Below, piece by piece: positions 39,844 to 53,952 of a stretch of 64,000 nucleotides of DNA. Made by a program: the position numbers and the translations under genes. Where the stretch lies: assembly GCA_965153355.1 (NCBI GenBank), contig OZ231126.1, forward strand, positions 37,138,001 through 37,202,000, written 5' to 3'. The stretch is from Flaccisagitta enflata. Lineage: Eukaryota. The notes below the pieces were generated by a model. The model ran no database searches, had not been told where the DNA came from, and was given only the letters and a program-made list of their open reading frames with translations. The stretch's first letter is position 1. Each line of letters begins with the position of its first letter.

Positions 39844-40498
39844 CATACTAGCCTGTACCGAAATGACAATAAACAATAAAATCAGAATTCTACGAGTAGT
39901 TCTTGTTCTGGGGCTGTCTTGGGCTTCTAATGACATCAATTTTGGTCTGAAAAGTTTGCATCTTGCTGGCCGCGCCTTACCTTTAACTTTCCTCAAGCCT
40001 ATACGAAACCAAAAAATACAAGTTACTCAAATCCCATTTCTGACTTCATATTTGAAATCTGCATGAAAAACTAATGATTAAAAGTGCTTTTCTTTTTTCA
40101 AAATTCCTTTGGGATCATAGTCAAAATTCATTTTGAAGATATGAAAAAAAGGTAAGTTCGACGATTTTACATATAAAGAAAAGAGAAAGGTAAGTTTTGC
40201 AAACTTTGATGTTTATTTTGAACACCTTCTAGTTGGAATATTGAAAAAAGGAAAACACTTTCAATTAACAGTTTTTTCTACAGATTTCAAATCTGCAGTC
40301 AAAACAGAGATTTAAGCACTTTGAAATTTTTGGTTTCCCATAGAGGTAGGTTTAACCAAGGGTAAGGCGCGGAAAGCTTAATGTAGGATGTGTGTGGCAA
40401 AATTGATCTCAACAGGAGCCCAAGACGGCCCCACAGCATGAACTGCTCGTAGAATGCCAATTTTATGGCTTTTAGTCATTTAGGTACAAGCTAATGTA
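39844..40498. mobile_element. Foldback-type MITE, almost entirely an imperfect inverted repeat
   Basis: Arms of about 270 bp align in inverted orientation (TTCTACGAGTAGTTC / GAACTGCTCGTAGAA; CCGCGCCTTACC / GGTAAGGCGCGG; TTTGAAATCTG / CAGATTTCAAA). TSD unclear. Confidence 0.75.
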
Positions 40499-42609
40499 TA
40501 CAGTGAAAACTTGAAATAAAAACAAAAAACAAAAACTAGAAGTTTCTAAGTTCCCCACTCTTTTGAGCCGCTGCCCAAATAAACAAGGAGAAAAACACAC
40601 ACACACGAACATTTGTACAGAAGATAACACTTTTGGACTTAACGAGGTTTTCTTGATCGGCACAATTTTCGCGTCGCCGCTTCAGAAGTCCACAGGATCC
40701 GAGGGATCGAAAGTGCCGGACAAAATCTGATGCTTTTACGAGAGATTATACCCCATTCGCTGACAGATATGGATATCCGAAATTAGTAGTTAGGTCTCTA
40801 GAGTGGTTGGTACTTTTTTTTTCTCTCGGTCAGCGCAAGAGTAGCCACAGAGACACAGGATATGAAACCCACAGGTCGGTGGTTTCTGTTATGAGAATCA
40901 ATCATTTGATAATCATTGTATGTTTCATAAATCAAATACGATCATAGAAGAATTTCTAAAAGCATGCCATTAAAAAGTGGGCTGTTGAAACAAGATTGCC
41001 TTTTGATAAAGGATGAGCTAATCTAGATGGAGATATATACAAAACGTGGTATCGCGTGCATACGATAACAACAACGACCAAAGAAAGTATCGTTTGTGTA
41101 AGACAGCCTTGTCAAAGAAGTGGACACATATCTTGAAGAGGCCCAACACACAGAGAGAGACTGAACCCTAACAACAGCGGCGGGGCGGCTAAAGACAGAC
41201 AGAAAGGGACAAATAGTGAAATTAACGAGGGAATGAAAAGGAGAAAGAAAGTGAGATGAGGAAAGAAAATCGCTAATCCAACAGAGAAAGAGAAAGAGAA
41301 AGAGAAAGCGAAGAGAAAGAGAAAAACGCTTTCTAGCAAAGGTGACAATGATGGATGTATCGAGAGGTCGGCGTAACGGGGTAAATGATATGGCGATTCA
41401 AAACGAGTCTAGTCTTGAAATCTTTAAGAAAATTTGCCCTGAAAAAAGGGTTAGTTTTACTCGGGGTGGTTTTGAAAAGCAGAGCATAACAGTGAAATTG
41501 CCGTAAAAGAAAAGCAGGGTTCTAGAGTCGTTTACTGAGATTTGATCTGAGGACGGGAATCGACTGAATGAATTTAAGAATGATTTTTGTTTTCATTGCC
41601 AAGATAAAAGAGCGGAACAAAATCTAATCGGTAGCTCCAAGCTATTTTATCTAAACTTCATGGAATTGGAATGATTATGATAGGTAGCTTGATATTTCCC
41701 CATGAAAGTGGCTATCCTTTCATATCAGTTTGTTCTTAACTCTTTTTTATGCGATTATGTCCAAAGTAATTACCTGATCGCCATACAACTTACCCAGGAT
41801 TTGTCCAGGGGTTGGATGGTTGTTCATGCAAAATTTCAGAAAATTTCTCAGAATAATTTTTTAGCTACGCTAATTTGAAATTTTTGGGTAGGTAGGCTGG
41901 TTCGGGTGGTTGCACTATCTGAAATTTCCTGAAACTTCACACATCAGTAGACAAGGTCATGTGATGTTTCCATAGAAAAAATCAAGTCAATCGGTCAATT
42001 CGTTCATGAGATATCAGCTTTCAAAGTTTGGGTAAAAAAGGTCACGACGATTTCCAAGAAAAATATCATGATCACTTTTTGTTCTCAGACTGTTTCAAAC
42101 TTGAGCACTCATGAAATCATGAACTATGATTTTTCTTTCGATCACTACACCTAAAATATTAGGAGTATTAGAAAAATAAAAAGGACAGAGGAAAGCTTAA
42201 ACACTAGACTTTCTAATGATATAAAATTTGATAGTAATATTTTTAAAAATATAGCAACGCGGTTATTCCCTTCAGACCGGCCACATCAAAAAGTTGAACC
42301 GGTAGATTCCTCTAGATAAACCTATACGATTCAGCTTCAAATGATGAATTCACTTAATGATGGTAACACACTTTAGCAACCGGGTTTGTTTTGATCCTGG
42401 GCCAAGAAAACAATTATCATTCGACTGAGATGAAAGTTGGGTTGTTTCTCGGGTGGTTTTATATTCAGAGGGCGGGTGGTTTTTCTTGGGTAGGCGGGAG
42501 GAAGTAGGAAGAAAACGAGGTGGTAGAACGGTGGTGGCCACGAATGGCGCAGTGGCCCGCGGTGGTAGTGCCACTATTGGGATCGGGGAAGGCTTGTCGT
42601 TGAGGAAGG

Positions 42610-42894
42610 AAGAAAGAAAGAAAGAAAGAAGAAAGAAAGAAAGAAAGAAAGAGAGAAAGAAAGAAAGAAAGAAAGAAAGAAAAAGAAAGAAAGAAAGAAG
42701 AAGAAAAGAGAAAAAAAAAGAGAAGAGAAAAGAAAGAATGAATGAATGAATGAATGAATAGATGAATGAATGAATGAATGAAGAATGAATGAATATGAAT
42801 GAATGAATGAATATGAATGAATGAATGAATGAATGAATGAATGAAAAGAAGAAAGAAAGAAAGCAAGAGGAAAGAAATAAATAAAAAAAAAGAA

Positions 42895-42983
<89 letters not shown>

Positions 42984-43000
42984 AGAAAAAGAAAGAAATA
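42610..43000. repeat. (GAAA)n and (GAAT)n microsatellites
   Basis: Directly visible. Confidence 0.93.
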
Positions 43001-44711
43001 AAGGGCGAAGGCGGTAGATGGCCTCTTAAATCAGCCGACAGTCAAAATCGCGGACAGGGTCTCAATTGAAGGGTCTAAAAATGATTTAAACATCTCCGAT
43101 CCAATCAATTCTTCCGTCGACTTGACTGAAAGACGATCGGCTTGAAGATGTTGACGACGACGTTGACGACGACATAAAAGACGATGAAGACGACGATGAC
43201 GACGATTATAACGTTATAACAAACGACAACGAGATCAGTTTAGAGCCGCGTTACGAAATGTTATCCTACTTTTACATCCCGAAAAAGGGCCATAATTTTA
43301 CCGAATTAACCCCTTTGGTCCTTTTGTTCAAGCCGGTCAAGGTGGGTCGAAGAGGAACGCCTCTAATCGACGCGAGATGACGGTACTGGTAGTAAATTAT
43401 CGAAAATGGACAGAGAAACAGAGAGAGAGAGAGAGAGAGAGCATGCAACTTGAATTTCAGGGAGAGTTTAAATAGAAAGTCTGTCTTTGAAATAACTAAT
43501 GGAGGGGGGGGGGGAGCGTCCCGACGTGGGTGCAGTTCGCGAGACCATCTTAAGATGCGAGGCGACCACTCAGTCGGGCACAGTTAGGCCCGTGAATCAC
43601 CATACAAGTTATCGTTTTACAAACATGAAGGCAACCGCGACGGAAAGCACGAAGACGATCAATTGGGAGATTTTTTTCGACTTCATAGTGCCGCTAACAA
43701 CGTTACAGGTTCATGCGTACAAACCGCAAAATCCCTATACTGTTTGCTCAATGCACTTTTGTAAGAATCGGCATGAAAAAATTCAACATCTCAATACAGT
43801 GGAATATGAAAATATATTTCTTGAAAATTAATCAAACTTGGATATTGCGAATAAAATAGCCCAAGATAACCGCCATCTATATGCAAATCGATTTGAGCTT
43901 CATCGGTTTTGCTAACAGTGAGGTCTTTTTACGAAATCTGGTTGACCGCAGAACAGAGAGAATAAATGAGAGATATAGAAGAAGAAAAAGGAGAAAATAT
44001 AATCGAGATAAGAAGGCCCGGCCTAGGGAAGAGGGTGTGCTTGAAACCCAGGGCGGAAGTTTGAAATGGACCATAATTAGTATGATTATATCGCGGGTTG
44101 ACAAAAATTTCTTTGATTGTATTCATATCTGTCACTTGGCTTTGACTCCCAAATGAGTGGTATCCACTCTTTATTCCTCATTTCCCATCGCCCAACGCCT
44201 TTTTCTTGTCTTCTGCTCATCCGTCTCCTCGTACTGAGTCTTAAAACCTTAAAACCTTCATCATTCTTTGCATCAAATTTCCAACTCTTTTTTAATTCAT
44301 TATACATCTTTCGATCATCTAAAAAACACTAGAGTAGAATTTTCGTTTCCAAATTGGATTAAAATGATCGACTGCATTTGCGTGATTGTTAATCAACACA
44401 CTTGATCATATGATCAGACTATCTACCCCAGGCCATACACGTGACAATAAAGATAGATGTCGTTCATTCAGCCACGACATTGTAATAAATGAGTGGAACG
44501 GCCGAATTTGGTATGTTCTGATGAAAGCCTATCAAAATGGCAAGAAAATGGTTTCCAATGTTTCTCAACTTGTGAATTCCACCACCCAAATTCGTTGCAG
44601 AAAAAAAAGAGAAATGAAAAAAAGACGAAAAAAAACCAACCCCGATTCTTGTCGGTGAAAGATCATTTCTGGCAGATTTCGGTGAGAGAATTGGTTTTTG
44701 AGAGTCTTTTT

Positions 44712-44909
44712 AGTTGTGGACTCGCAACTCTATAAGGGCCTTTGTCCATCCGTCCGTTGGTCGGTCTGTCAGTCCGTCTGTCCGTCGGTCCGTTGCTCCG
44801 ACGGTCCTTCCGTCTGTCTGTCTGTGAGCACCAGTCGAAAAGTGTGAAAACGCGCATTTCCGCCCCTACCCATCCATCCGCATCTGGTATGGCCGTGTAT
44901 CCGGCCTTG
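44712..44909 (+). mobile_element. HINE-like element
   Basis: TTTTT-AGTTGTG..CGCAACT-CTATAAG, GTCY repeats, GGCCGTGTATCCGGCC-TTG-TTT. Confidence 0.72.
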
Positions 44910-45160
44910 TTTCTCTGATTTTTTTTTGATTTTCCTGATATTTCTGACTTTTTTTTTTGGTCTCTGACAACGAGGATTCATCTGAAATTCCGGACGTCAG
45001 TGCCTGACCCTCTTTAGTATTCCTTACCTCCCACTCAACCCGATTTGGTGTCTGACTCTGTGGTAAGGCATATTTCTATCTGTATGTATGTCTGTCTTGC
45101 TCTGTCTCTCTGTGTCTCTCTCTGTGTCTCTCTCTGTGTCTCTCTCTGTCTCTCTCTGTC

Positions 45161-45270
<110 letters not shown>

Positions 45271-45341
45271 AATGGTAATGATAATGAGACACTGGGACAA
45301 CCTCACTTACAATTTATGCGCAAGGAGTTTGACGCGAATGA

Positions 45342-45385
<44 letters not shown>

Positions 45386-45920
45386 AACAGACAGACACGG
45401 AGACGGAGATAGGCAGTAGCGACATAAACAGAGGTTCATCTAGACAGTTTTAAACAGTTTTAGACACACAAAGGGAACAAATAGCAGCAGGAGAACACCC
45501 ATCCCACGCATGGATGAACAGGCTATCATTATCAAAGAAAAAATTTGAAAATAAGTGGATGACACAGTTTCCCATATGATAACGGCAGACAACCACCGAC
45601 CATAAACGCGGATGAAGGACAGAGAAATGGGTTTGAAAAAAATTAAATCTGTCCCAAGTGATATTTGTGACATTAATGAATTCACAACATGAAAGTTTTT
45701 TTTCCCTCGTTAAAATATGTTTTTTTTCATAATTCACTGAGGACTGAAAGAAAGAAAGAATTTTTATATTAATTGACATGTTCGACGACGACAAGGGCGA
45801 GAGAAAAGAAAGAGTAGCACGAAAGAAAGTTTGGCAAGGACAATGCCCATGGTACATGACGTCAGATATAGGAAAAACTGCAAGGGATAGAGTTCATTTT
45901 CAATCGTCCGATAACGATCT

Positions 45921-45953
<33 letters not shown>

Positions 45954-46269
45954 GAAAAAACTCAATGTTTACTATGGCTTTCAAAACAAATAGCAATGAG
46001 AATATGTTGTGGGAATGATGTGGGCAATGATTTCCATACAAACGATGGGTCCTTTGTTTTGATGTGATATACCTTACTTGACTGACTTATCTTATCAGCT
46101 TTTCATGCTTTTTTTTTTTGACAACCTGAGTATTCATGCAAACCCGGGAAGGGGGTAAGATAAGCTTGTCCTCGTCAAGTAAAGACTCGTCAAAAAAAAA
46201 ACACAAAAAAAAAAAAAAAACACACATTTGAGAATACCAGGCCAATTATAAAGATAGAAAAAAAAGGAG

Positions 46270-46575
46270 CAGGGGTGTATATTCTTGAGTCGCTTTTGAT
46301 TTTTTTCCCCCCCTGCTTTTGATTTTCTTCCCCGCGATGCGTCGCGTTGCGTTTTTATATCCATGATTTTCTTCCCCATATAGCAATAAAACTATGAAAT
46401 TAAGGTTTGAATAGTGTTAAATTGTATTTTACTAATTGAGTTTTATGATTTGGTACTGTAAAAAGTTATATTTTCCCCAAATTTCCTTTTTTTCTCTTTT
46501 TTCCCCCTTTCATTTCCTTCCCCATCTCCAGACCCTTTGATTTCCCCACAGAAAACTCAAGAATATACAGGCCTG
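46270..46575. mobile_element. hAT MITE (306 bp)
   Basis: TIR CAGGGGTGTATATTCTTGAG / CTCAAGAATATACAGGCCTG; 8-bp TSD AAAAGGAG (46262-46269, 46576-46583). Confidence 0.85.
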
Positions 46576-46661
46576 AAAAGGAGGGAAAGAGAAAAAAAAA
46601 AAGAGATACGAAGCGGAAAAAAGCGGGAGGCACTAGGGCGAATTTGGTGATTTAAAGAAAA

Positions 46662-46948
46662 CAAGGCCAACACCTATTAGTCGCGGGCGAGACATGAATT
46701 CACTCGACTGTTTAATGAATACTGTTAGATATCGATCGTAGGAGGGGCATAACTTAAAATGATGTAGAATGAATTAGAATGACTTTCAATGACCTGAACT
46801 GACATAAAATGACATAAAATGACATAAATGGCGTATAGGACCAAAATAACCTAAATAACTTGAAATGACTTTAAATGACATGAATGAAATGAAAAAGCAT
46901 TATGTGACCATCCGACTGACGGACGGCGTGGGTCATAGAGTCGCGCCT
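46662..46948 (-). mobile_element. HINE-like element carrying an internal 10-bp tandem array (AAATGACATA-like, about 46760-46890)
   Basis: CAAGGCC..TAGTCGCG start and ATAGAGTCGCGCCT-AAAA end flank degenerate 10-mers. Confidence 0.55.
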
Positions 46949-47015
46949 AAAAACATGAACTGGGAGAGATGGAGAGAGAAAGAAGCTTACTTTCAGTGGA
47001 TGTCGTAAATTGTTT

Positions 47016-47214
47016 TTAAAAGCTCATATCTGTTGTGATTGGAGGCGAGGGATGGTGTCGAGGTCGGCCGGGACAAGCATGAGTCGGATTTATGGGATTG
47101 GGTGGACCTTTTGCATGAGTTACTCCCGAGTTAACATGGCGTCTATGACGGAGATGGCCCAGTGTCTTGTCCACGGGATGAACTCGAGGGGAATGAGACG
47201 GACTGATGCATGTG
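47016..47214 (-). CDS. Candidate last coding exon of the same gene
   Basis: Acceptor TGTAG|C (or CATCAG|T 12 nt further in) is phase-compatible with the 49224 donor. It gives G-TCISPSHSPRVHP...HHPSPPITTDMSF-stop, the longest of the three frames. A GTAAGC donor lies 25 nt after the stop. The polypyrimidine tract is weak. Confidence 0.3.
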
Positions 47215-47560
47215 CTACATTCATTTAGCATAGAATATGGTTGATAAACCAAAATTTCACCAAAAAGGGTGTGTACTTGTTCCATTAACTTACAATCCTA
47301 ACTTAATTTGGAAACCTTTATAAAAATGGTGATGATATGAACAGACGTGTTAGTTTGAGCAAATTCATTTCACAGTGTATATTGAAAGGTGAAAAAAAGC
47401 TAGAAAAAAAAATGAAGAAGAAGAAGAAAAAAAAACTCGGGCCAGGCGCAAAAAAATAACTCAGAAACGCCGTAACTCAAGCGCTCAAACGTTGTTTATA
47501 ATAAACATGGATACCATGGAGGAAGAGGAAACATATGCGCATCTAACTATTTGTATGTGT

Positions 47561-47630
<70 letters not shown>

Positions 47631-47639
47631 GAGACAGGA

Positions 47640-47677
<38 letters not shown>

Positions 47678-47726
47678 CAGAGGGACAGGACAGGGAACAG
47701 AGGCAGAACAGAGAGAGCAGACAGAC

Positions 47727-47758
<32 letters not shown>

Positions 47759-48602
47759 CGACAGAGACAGAGACAGAGAGACAAAGAGAGAGAGAGAGAG
47801 AAAACTCTCAAACACAAATGTATTAACCAAAGTTTGGCGATTAAAGTGAGTCTGTGAAATGAGTCTTTCAGAGAGAAGAGATGAGCTGATAATTACCAAG
47901 CCAGAAAAGAAGAAGAAAAAAAAGAGAAAAGAAAAATATAATCTCGAATGGCTCCAGTTCTAGATGTTGATAATGATGCCCTTGCACTAGATCTGCACCG
48001 AAAAAAAAAGAGATTTCCAATCAACTTTGATTTTCTTCTCTCGACCTAAATTGCGCCCAACGGTTATTTCTTGAAGGAAGTTTTATGAAACAACATTCGC
48101 GTTGATCTAAAACCACGGATAAAAAAGTAAATCAAGCCCCGAATGGCGGAAAACATATCATCAGCTCCATAAACTTACGCATGCGTTCTTTCTTAAACTT
48201 CACAAAATTAAAGTAAACATCAACACGTGTAACCTTTTAGTGCACTATTTTCTCTCGCAGGAAAAAAGTAAGTGAAGAAAAAAAAGAAGGAATGAAAAGA
48301 AAAAGAAGAAAATATTTTTGAGAAAGAGTGGAGAGGAAGAAGAAGATGAAGAAGACGAAGAAGACGAAGAAGAAGAAAAGAAGAAAAGAAGAAAAAAGAG
48401 AAGAAGAAGGAAGAAGAGGAGAAAATGAAATTTGATTTGTAGCAGAGAGGCTGTTCCCATCGAGGCATGAAGGCAGTGAGAGACAGATGAACGGAAGGAT
48501 GGATTTCATTCTCAGTTATGGTTGAGAAAAACATGATCTGCTGAAATTCTCTCTCTCTATCTATATCATATCTATATATATCTCTCTCTATCTATCTCTA
48601 TA

Positions 48603-48640
<38 letters not shown>

Positions 48641-49223
48641 TTCTCTGTTTTTCCAGGTTTTGCTAGGTGCGGTCAATTCTTGGTGTAAAACGATACGTGC
48701 TTCTTTGAAAAACGTATGAGTGGGATGATTAAGTTGGGATATACATCCCATTCGCAAGAATGATACGTAGATTTGATGAGCTCTTCTTTAACAAACAAAC
48801 AAACAAACAAACAAACAAACATACAAAAAACAAACAAACAAACAAACAAACAAACAAACAAACAAACAAACAAACAAACAAACAAAAAACAAACAAACAA
48901 ACAAACAAAAAACAAACAGACACAAGCAAATAACGACGAGGACGGGACGATAATAAAGCAAAAGAATTTAACCAAGGAAACTAATTCCGCTTGAGATACA
49001 GTGGACGTCGTCCAGGCTTGGAAATATGGGGGAACTCAATGTATAAATATTATAAGGTACTATGGAGTTGGGCGTCTCTTTTGATTTTTAAAAAAACTGA
49101 AATGCTGATTGTTAAAGGATTGATTAACGTTAACTGTACATTGTAAGGTTGTGGTAACGACGTGTTTCCATCATACCAGCGGAATTCGTCACCCTCGCAC
49201 ACAAACCTCCAAAATGAACTCAC

Positions 49224-49458
49224 CCCGTATTGAATCCAAAAGGGTCGGCTCGTCCGGCAGCCGCGGCGGCGGCGGCGGCGGCGGCCAGGGGGTTCACGTT
49301 AGGGTGGTTGAAATTGCCCCAAAGTTCGTTAAGGTGTGGCAGGAGAGGCGTCGGGGGCGCCGCTCCCGTAGCGACCGAAGCGGCGGCGGCAGCAGCGGCG
49401 GCGGCGGCGAAAGGATACCCGGATGCTGCGGCGGCGGCATAGTAAGCGGCCAGTCCAG
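49224..49458 (-). CDS. Internal coding exon (235 nt, phase 1 to 2) of an unidentified host gene, encoding a poly-Ala/Pro low-complexity region typical of transcription factors or RNA-binding proteins
   Basis: Minus-strand acceptor CTGCAG|CT and donor GG|GTGAGT bound a stop-free GC-rich frame: GLAAYYAAAAASGYPFAAAAAAAAAASVATGAAPPTPLLPHLNELWGNFNHPNVNPLAAAAAAAAAAGRADPFGFNT. Alanine codons are mixed (GCC/GCT/GCA/GCG). Confidence 0.7.
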
Positions 49459-50823
49459 CTGCAGTGTTTGTTTTGGTGCGGAAAGAGTTTGCGTGGTGTG
49501 GATGGAAAAGGAAATTGGGGTGGAAAGGGGGTGAGGGTGGCGAAAAAGAGATTTTGTGTGGGAGGAGGGGGGGGGGGGGAGTTTGGCAGATATTGGGAAG
49601 GGGAGTGGGAGTTGTGGTAAGGGAGACAGGTGCTTGGGAAGGGGTAAATCGGGTGGGATAAAGGAAGAACAGGAGTAGGTGGGGGTGTAGGAGCAGTGAC
49701 GCATGTGAGTGTTGAGAGAGTGTGTGAGGGAAAAAAACATGAAAGAAAGAAAATGGTAATGAGGCTCTGAAACATTGAAGGAGAGGGAAAACTAAATAGA
49801 AGCAGAATTGAGATTGAAATCAGAAACGGTGCGTTGGTGTCTATTACGCCCTTTTTCATCGATAGTCTCGGGGTGGCGTTACTAATACCGTTTTCTATAC
49901 TGGGAAACAGTGACGTACACTAGGTCGTATCGATTCGACGCTGTAGGTGTGACTTTTTTTTCTGTTTGGGTGTGCCGTTACTTTTGCCTCTGCTCAAAGT
50001 TTATTCGTGGGGGTTATGTACTTATGTTTTGGTTCATCAAAATGCATCTTTTAAGGCGATAACAGAAAAATCAGACACTTCTTCTTACTGAAAGTGATAG
50101 GTATTTTGCGGTAATGTTCATTCGTTGATATACCATCGAGATAATGTAAAGAAATCACAGGAATTTCATAAATTCCATCAGTTTTTCCTCTTTCATCAAT
50201 CTTTTGATCACTTTGTTTTCTTTTTTTTTTCAAGAAAATTTGAAGACAAAAAAAAATTACGGGAATGATGAAAAAACGGGAAGAGAAAAAAAAGGGGGAA
50301 AAGGGAAGTACACACGCTGTTCCATTGCGTCAATTAAAGATAAATCGAGTAATTAACTCGGTAGATGGAAGCTGATGAAGGCTCAGATATCGTGCAAAAG
50401 AGAAAAGAAAATGTCCGATTTCAAGTCTGTTTCTCATCTTAAAATTGATACAAAGAAAACAAAAATGGGAGTGAGTAAAAAGGAAGAAAGAGAGAACGAA
50501 ATTGAGAAAGAAAAAGAGAGGAAGATGAAAGAAAAAAAGAGGGAAAGCCATGGGCATTGGGCAATGGGCAGAAGGAAAGTGAGAAGTTTAACAAGATAGA
50601 AAAACTACAGAACAACAGCAAAGCAAAAGACAGATAACAATGAGTCAATGACGACACTGACTTTGATCGTATAAGTTGTAACAGTAACAATTAATAAATG
50701 AAAATGGCACCGACAGACCGATAGTCAGACATCAATAATGAGAGGAAAAATATGAATATCGACCCATAACATCGCACTTGGCGATGTAACTCTAATCTGC
50801 TTTTGGCGTGGTCCGTGGATGTA

Positions 50824-51250
50824 CTACGCGAATCAAAAAAAAAAAGAAAAAAAGGCCGCACCCTTTTGTAGCTGAGTGGAAGAAGCACAAAAAATTAATT
50901 CAAATTTTTTTTGTTCAACTGATTTTAGAAATATTTGAATGTTCTTTCATTCTAGACTAACCCCAGGTCTCTATCTCAAACCGTTTAGGAGATAGAGCTT
51001 GCCAAAGTGAACCTGTCTTTTGCAAAAATGCTCATTTTTCAATAGGATTGCAAAACTGAAAATGGCAATGTTTTCACTCTTTATACGCCATTTCTAAACG
51101 GATAAAGCTAGAAATACCAGATTGGAGCCAAATGAAAGCTCGAAAAATCTCTTTAAGATCTTCAAAAAGGTCTTAGATTTTGTTTAATCATTTTGAAATT
51201 TAATATGATAAATTGTTATTTAAAAGTGCGGCTTTTTTTTATTCGCGTAG
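50824..51250 (+). mobile_element. Tc1/mariner-type MITE family A, copy 3
   Basis: TA|CTACGCGAAT...ATTCGCGTAG|TA; interior matches 6723-7124. Confidence 0.8.
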
Positions 51251-51979
51251 TATTAAGAATATCAAGCGCGTTCATACAGTTTTTGCCTCATCTTTTTCTT
51301 TTTCTCTTTCTTTTTCTTTTCTCGCTATTTTTCTTCTTTTTCTTCTTATTCCCCCTCTCCTCCCCCAATTTTTCTCCTTCTGCTTCTTCTCCTCTCAACT
51401 GGATGAAAAACACGGAAAAGTTTTAGGGGCAAAAATCTGTTCATCATTTCCCCTCCGACGTCCATGGATGAACAAGCGTAACAAAACCCACATTCATACG
51501 CGGTAAATCAGACACCATATTCACTCTCTCCCCCCTCTCTTTCATTAACAGCCAATAGATGAAACCAAAATTGAAGGGAGGTAAAATTACGTTGGTACCA
51601 AATTCACTCCTTTCTATCAAACTTAATCAGTGAGTTGTGATGCTAACCCGGGATTTCATTCAGCGACAAAAAAGAATAAGTTGGGCACTTTTGGACGGTG
51701 TTCGTGTCGGACAGACGCACAGACGTGGTGGAAATTCAGACAACAAGTTTAAGTTCTATGGATACCAACGAAACTACGGTACACACCGGACCCTATAAAA
51801 TGTTGAAACAATGAGACGAAATACTTCCACTCATTCACCTCTAATCTATCGTATTTCCACTAAAAAGCAAGATGCCCCAAGCAAGAACTCGAGTTAGAGT
51901 AACGAAGATTTTCACGCCTCTCTGAGTGAGACTTCGCCTGAAAACCCGGGGTGGACATGGCAGTACGGCGGGAGGCAAG

Positions 51980-52210
<231 letters not shown>

Positions 52211-53231
52211 CATAATTTCTCTCCTTATCTCAATTGATTTTAACCAAAATATTTCTAGTAAATTTTGTTATACAAGAATAAAGTAAGGCAACCTCCGACT
52301 TCGAAATTTCAGCGATGGTTTATTCCGAAAAACGTTTCACAAATATTTATTCTGAACAAAAATTCCTCATCTGTTCTGCATCAATAGCAGATGTAAGCAA
52401 CACCTGTCTCGTCTTCTGCAACCCCTCTAACCTTTATCCCCTCTCTCCTCTTACTCTCTTCCTTTGCCAACCATTTCTACTCCGCTTGTACCCCAAATGA
52501 GTGTCGCACTACTTCCACTACTTCCACCTCTGTCGCACTAATTCCACCCCTGTCGCACTACTTCCACCCCTGTCCTTCTCCTTATTCAAAAAATCCTACA
52601 TGTTTATCGTCCGGCCGCCTTCTTCTTCATATCCCCCCCCCCCCCCACATTGCTCATTTTCATTACTCCTCAACCGAATTTTAATATCACTTTGCGTCAC
52701 TGTCTGCCACTGACTAAGCCAAGTCCAGGCCTTAGCATGAAATACCCCACCCCCCATCATCCCCAAAGTTAAGCCTTTTCCCCTGTCCGTAATGTCAGAT
52801 GCTATCGTCCATTCTTTCTCCATTCGCCCCTCCATTTCAATCATTCACCCCCAATTTAAGCGGCGCGATATCGAACTCGTGTTCAGCTGTGGTCTGCACT
52901 TTACATGCTGTGGTTCTTTTCTTTGTATATATTTGTGTAGATTACGGCCTATGCGATGTTTTTTTACGCGACGGTTTTTAGAAAAGAATGGAGGAAAAAC
53001 AGGAAGAGAGTGGAGAGAGGGAGAGAGAGAGAGAAAGAAGAAGGGAAGAAAGAAAGAAAAAAAAGAGAAGGAAAAAAGCATGAAAAAACGAGAGGATTCT
53101 AAACAGACAGACGTACTTATACATTCCGGGGGGAATTTCGGTTTAACAATAAATCTTTCAAAATTTTTGCGTAAAAACGACAGGAGAAAATGACAGGATA
53201 CAGCAGGACAACACCTCAGTGGGAGATGACT

Positions 53232-53276
<45 letters not shown>

Positions 53277-53952
53277 GTTTCAAATTCCAAAGTAATGAAC
53301 AACGGGTCCAATTTCAAGATCCCTCAAAATCTCTCAACGAAGGAAACTGTCCGTGAAAGAATGAATGATCACCTTCCTCATGCGTTCATTAGCACATGGT
53401 TAATCGAGTTATTCCATTAATTCATACATCAGTTTGTTGGTCTGCCACCCATGTCTATTCTTCTATGCCACTCAGGATGCATCTTACGTAATGATGCATA
53501 GACTTTGCCCACATTTTGATCCGACCATTTTCTTTTGCGATACGATTTATAAACTGTTGAGAGCAAAATTTCCAGTAAAACCAAAAATACGTAAATTGCG
53601 GTTAAACTTCCTTTTTTTGCAAATTTGTGGGGCGTGGGACGAAAGATATACACTCGGCCCGACCGCAGATTGTTTTAATTCTTTTTTACAAGAACAGATT
53701 ACTTAAAAGTGACACCAAAATTGCGACAAGAGACCCCCAACGTAGAAGAGTGGAAGTACTCCCGTGACCCCGACCGACGACACTTAAGGCAACTTTTACA
53801 AGATATTCATTAATACATATTAGCTCTTTATAATTTGAAAGTATATTTCATGTACCACGACGGATTGTAACTTTAGGAAATGATATTTTTGTTCGAATGG
53901 TTATAGAAATAATGTCATTAACTGGTGGGTGTGACCGATCGGGCGAAGTCAA

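Noticed and set aside
41430..42340. AT-rich segment that looks like the interior of a DNA transposon
   Set aside because: No matching TIRs, TSD or second copy found by eye.
42350..42600. Pro-rich minus-strand ORF as another exon
   Set aside because: Weak AAG acceptor, phase-incompatible with the 49224 donor, and no recognisable homology.
43311..43325. TTAACCCC piggyBac-like end (also GGGGTTAA near 63390)
   Set aside because: No nearby partner end or TIR homology.
49151..49534. Plus-strand poly-Gly/poly-Ala ORFs
   Set aside because: Better explained as the antisense shadow of the minus-strand exon, which has both splice sites.
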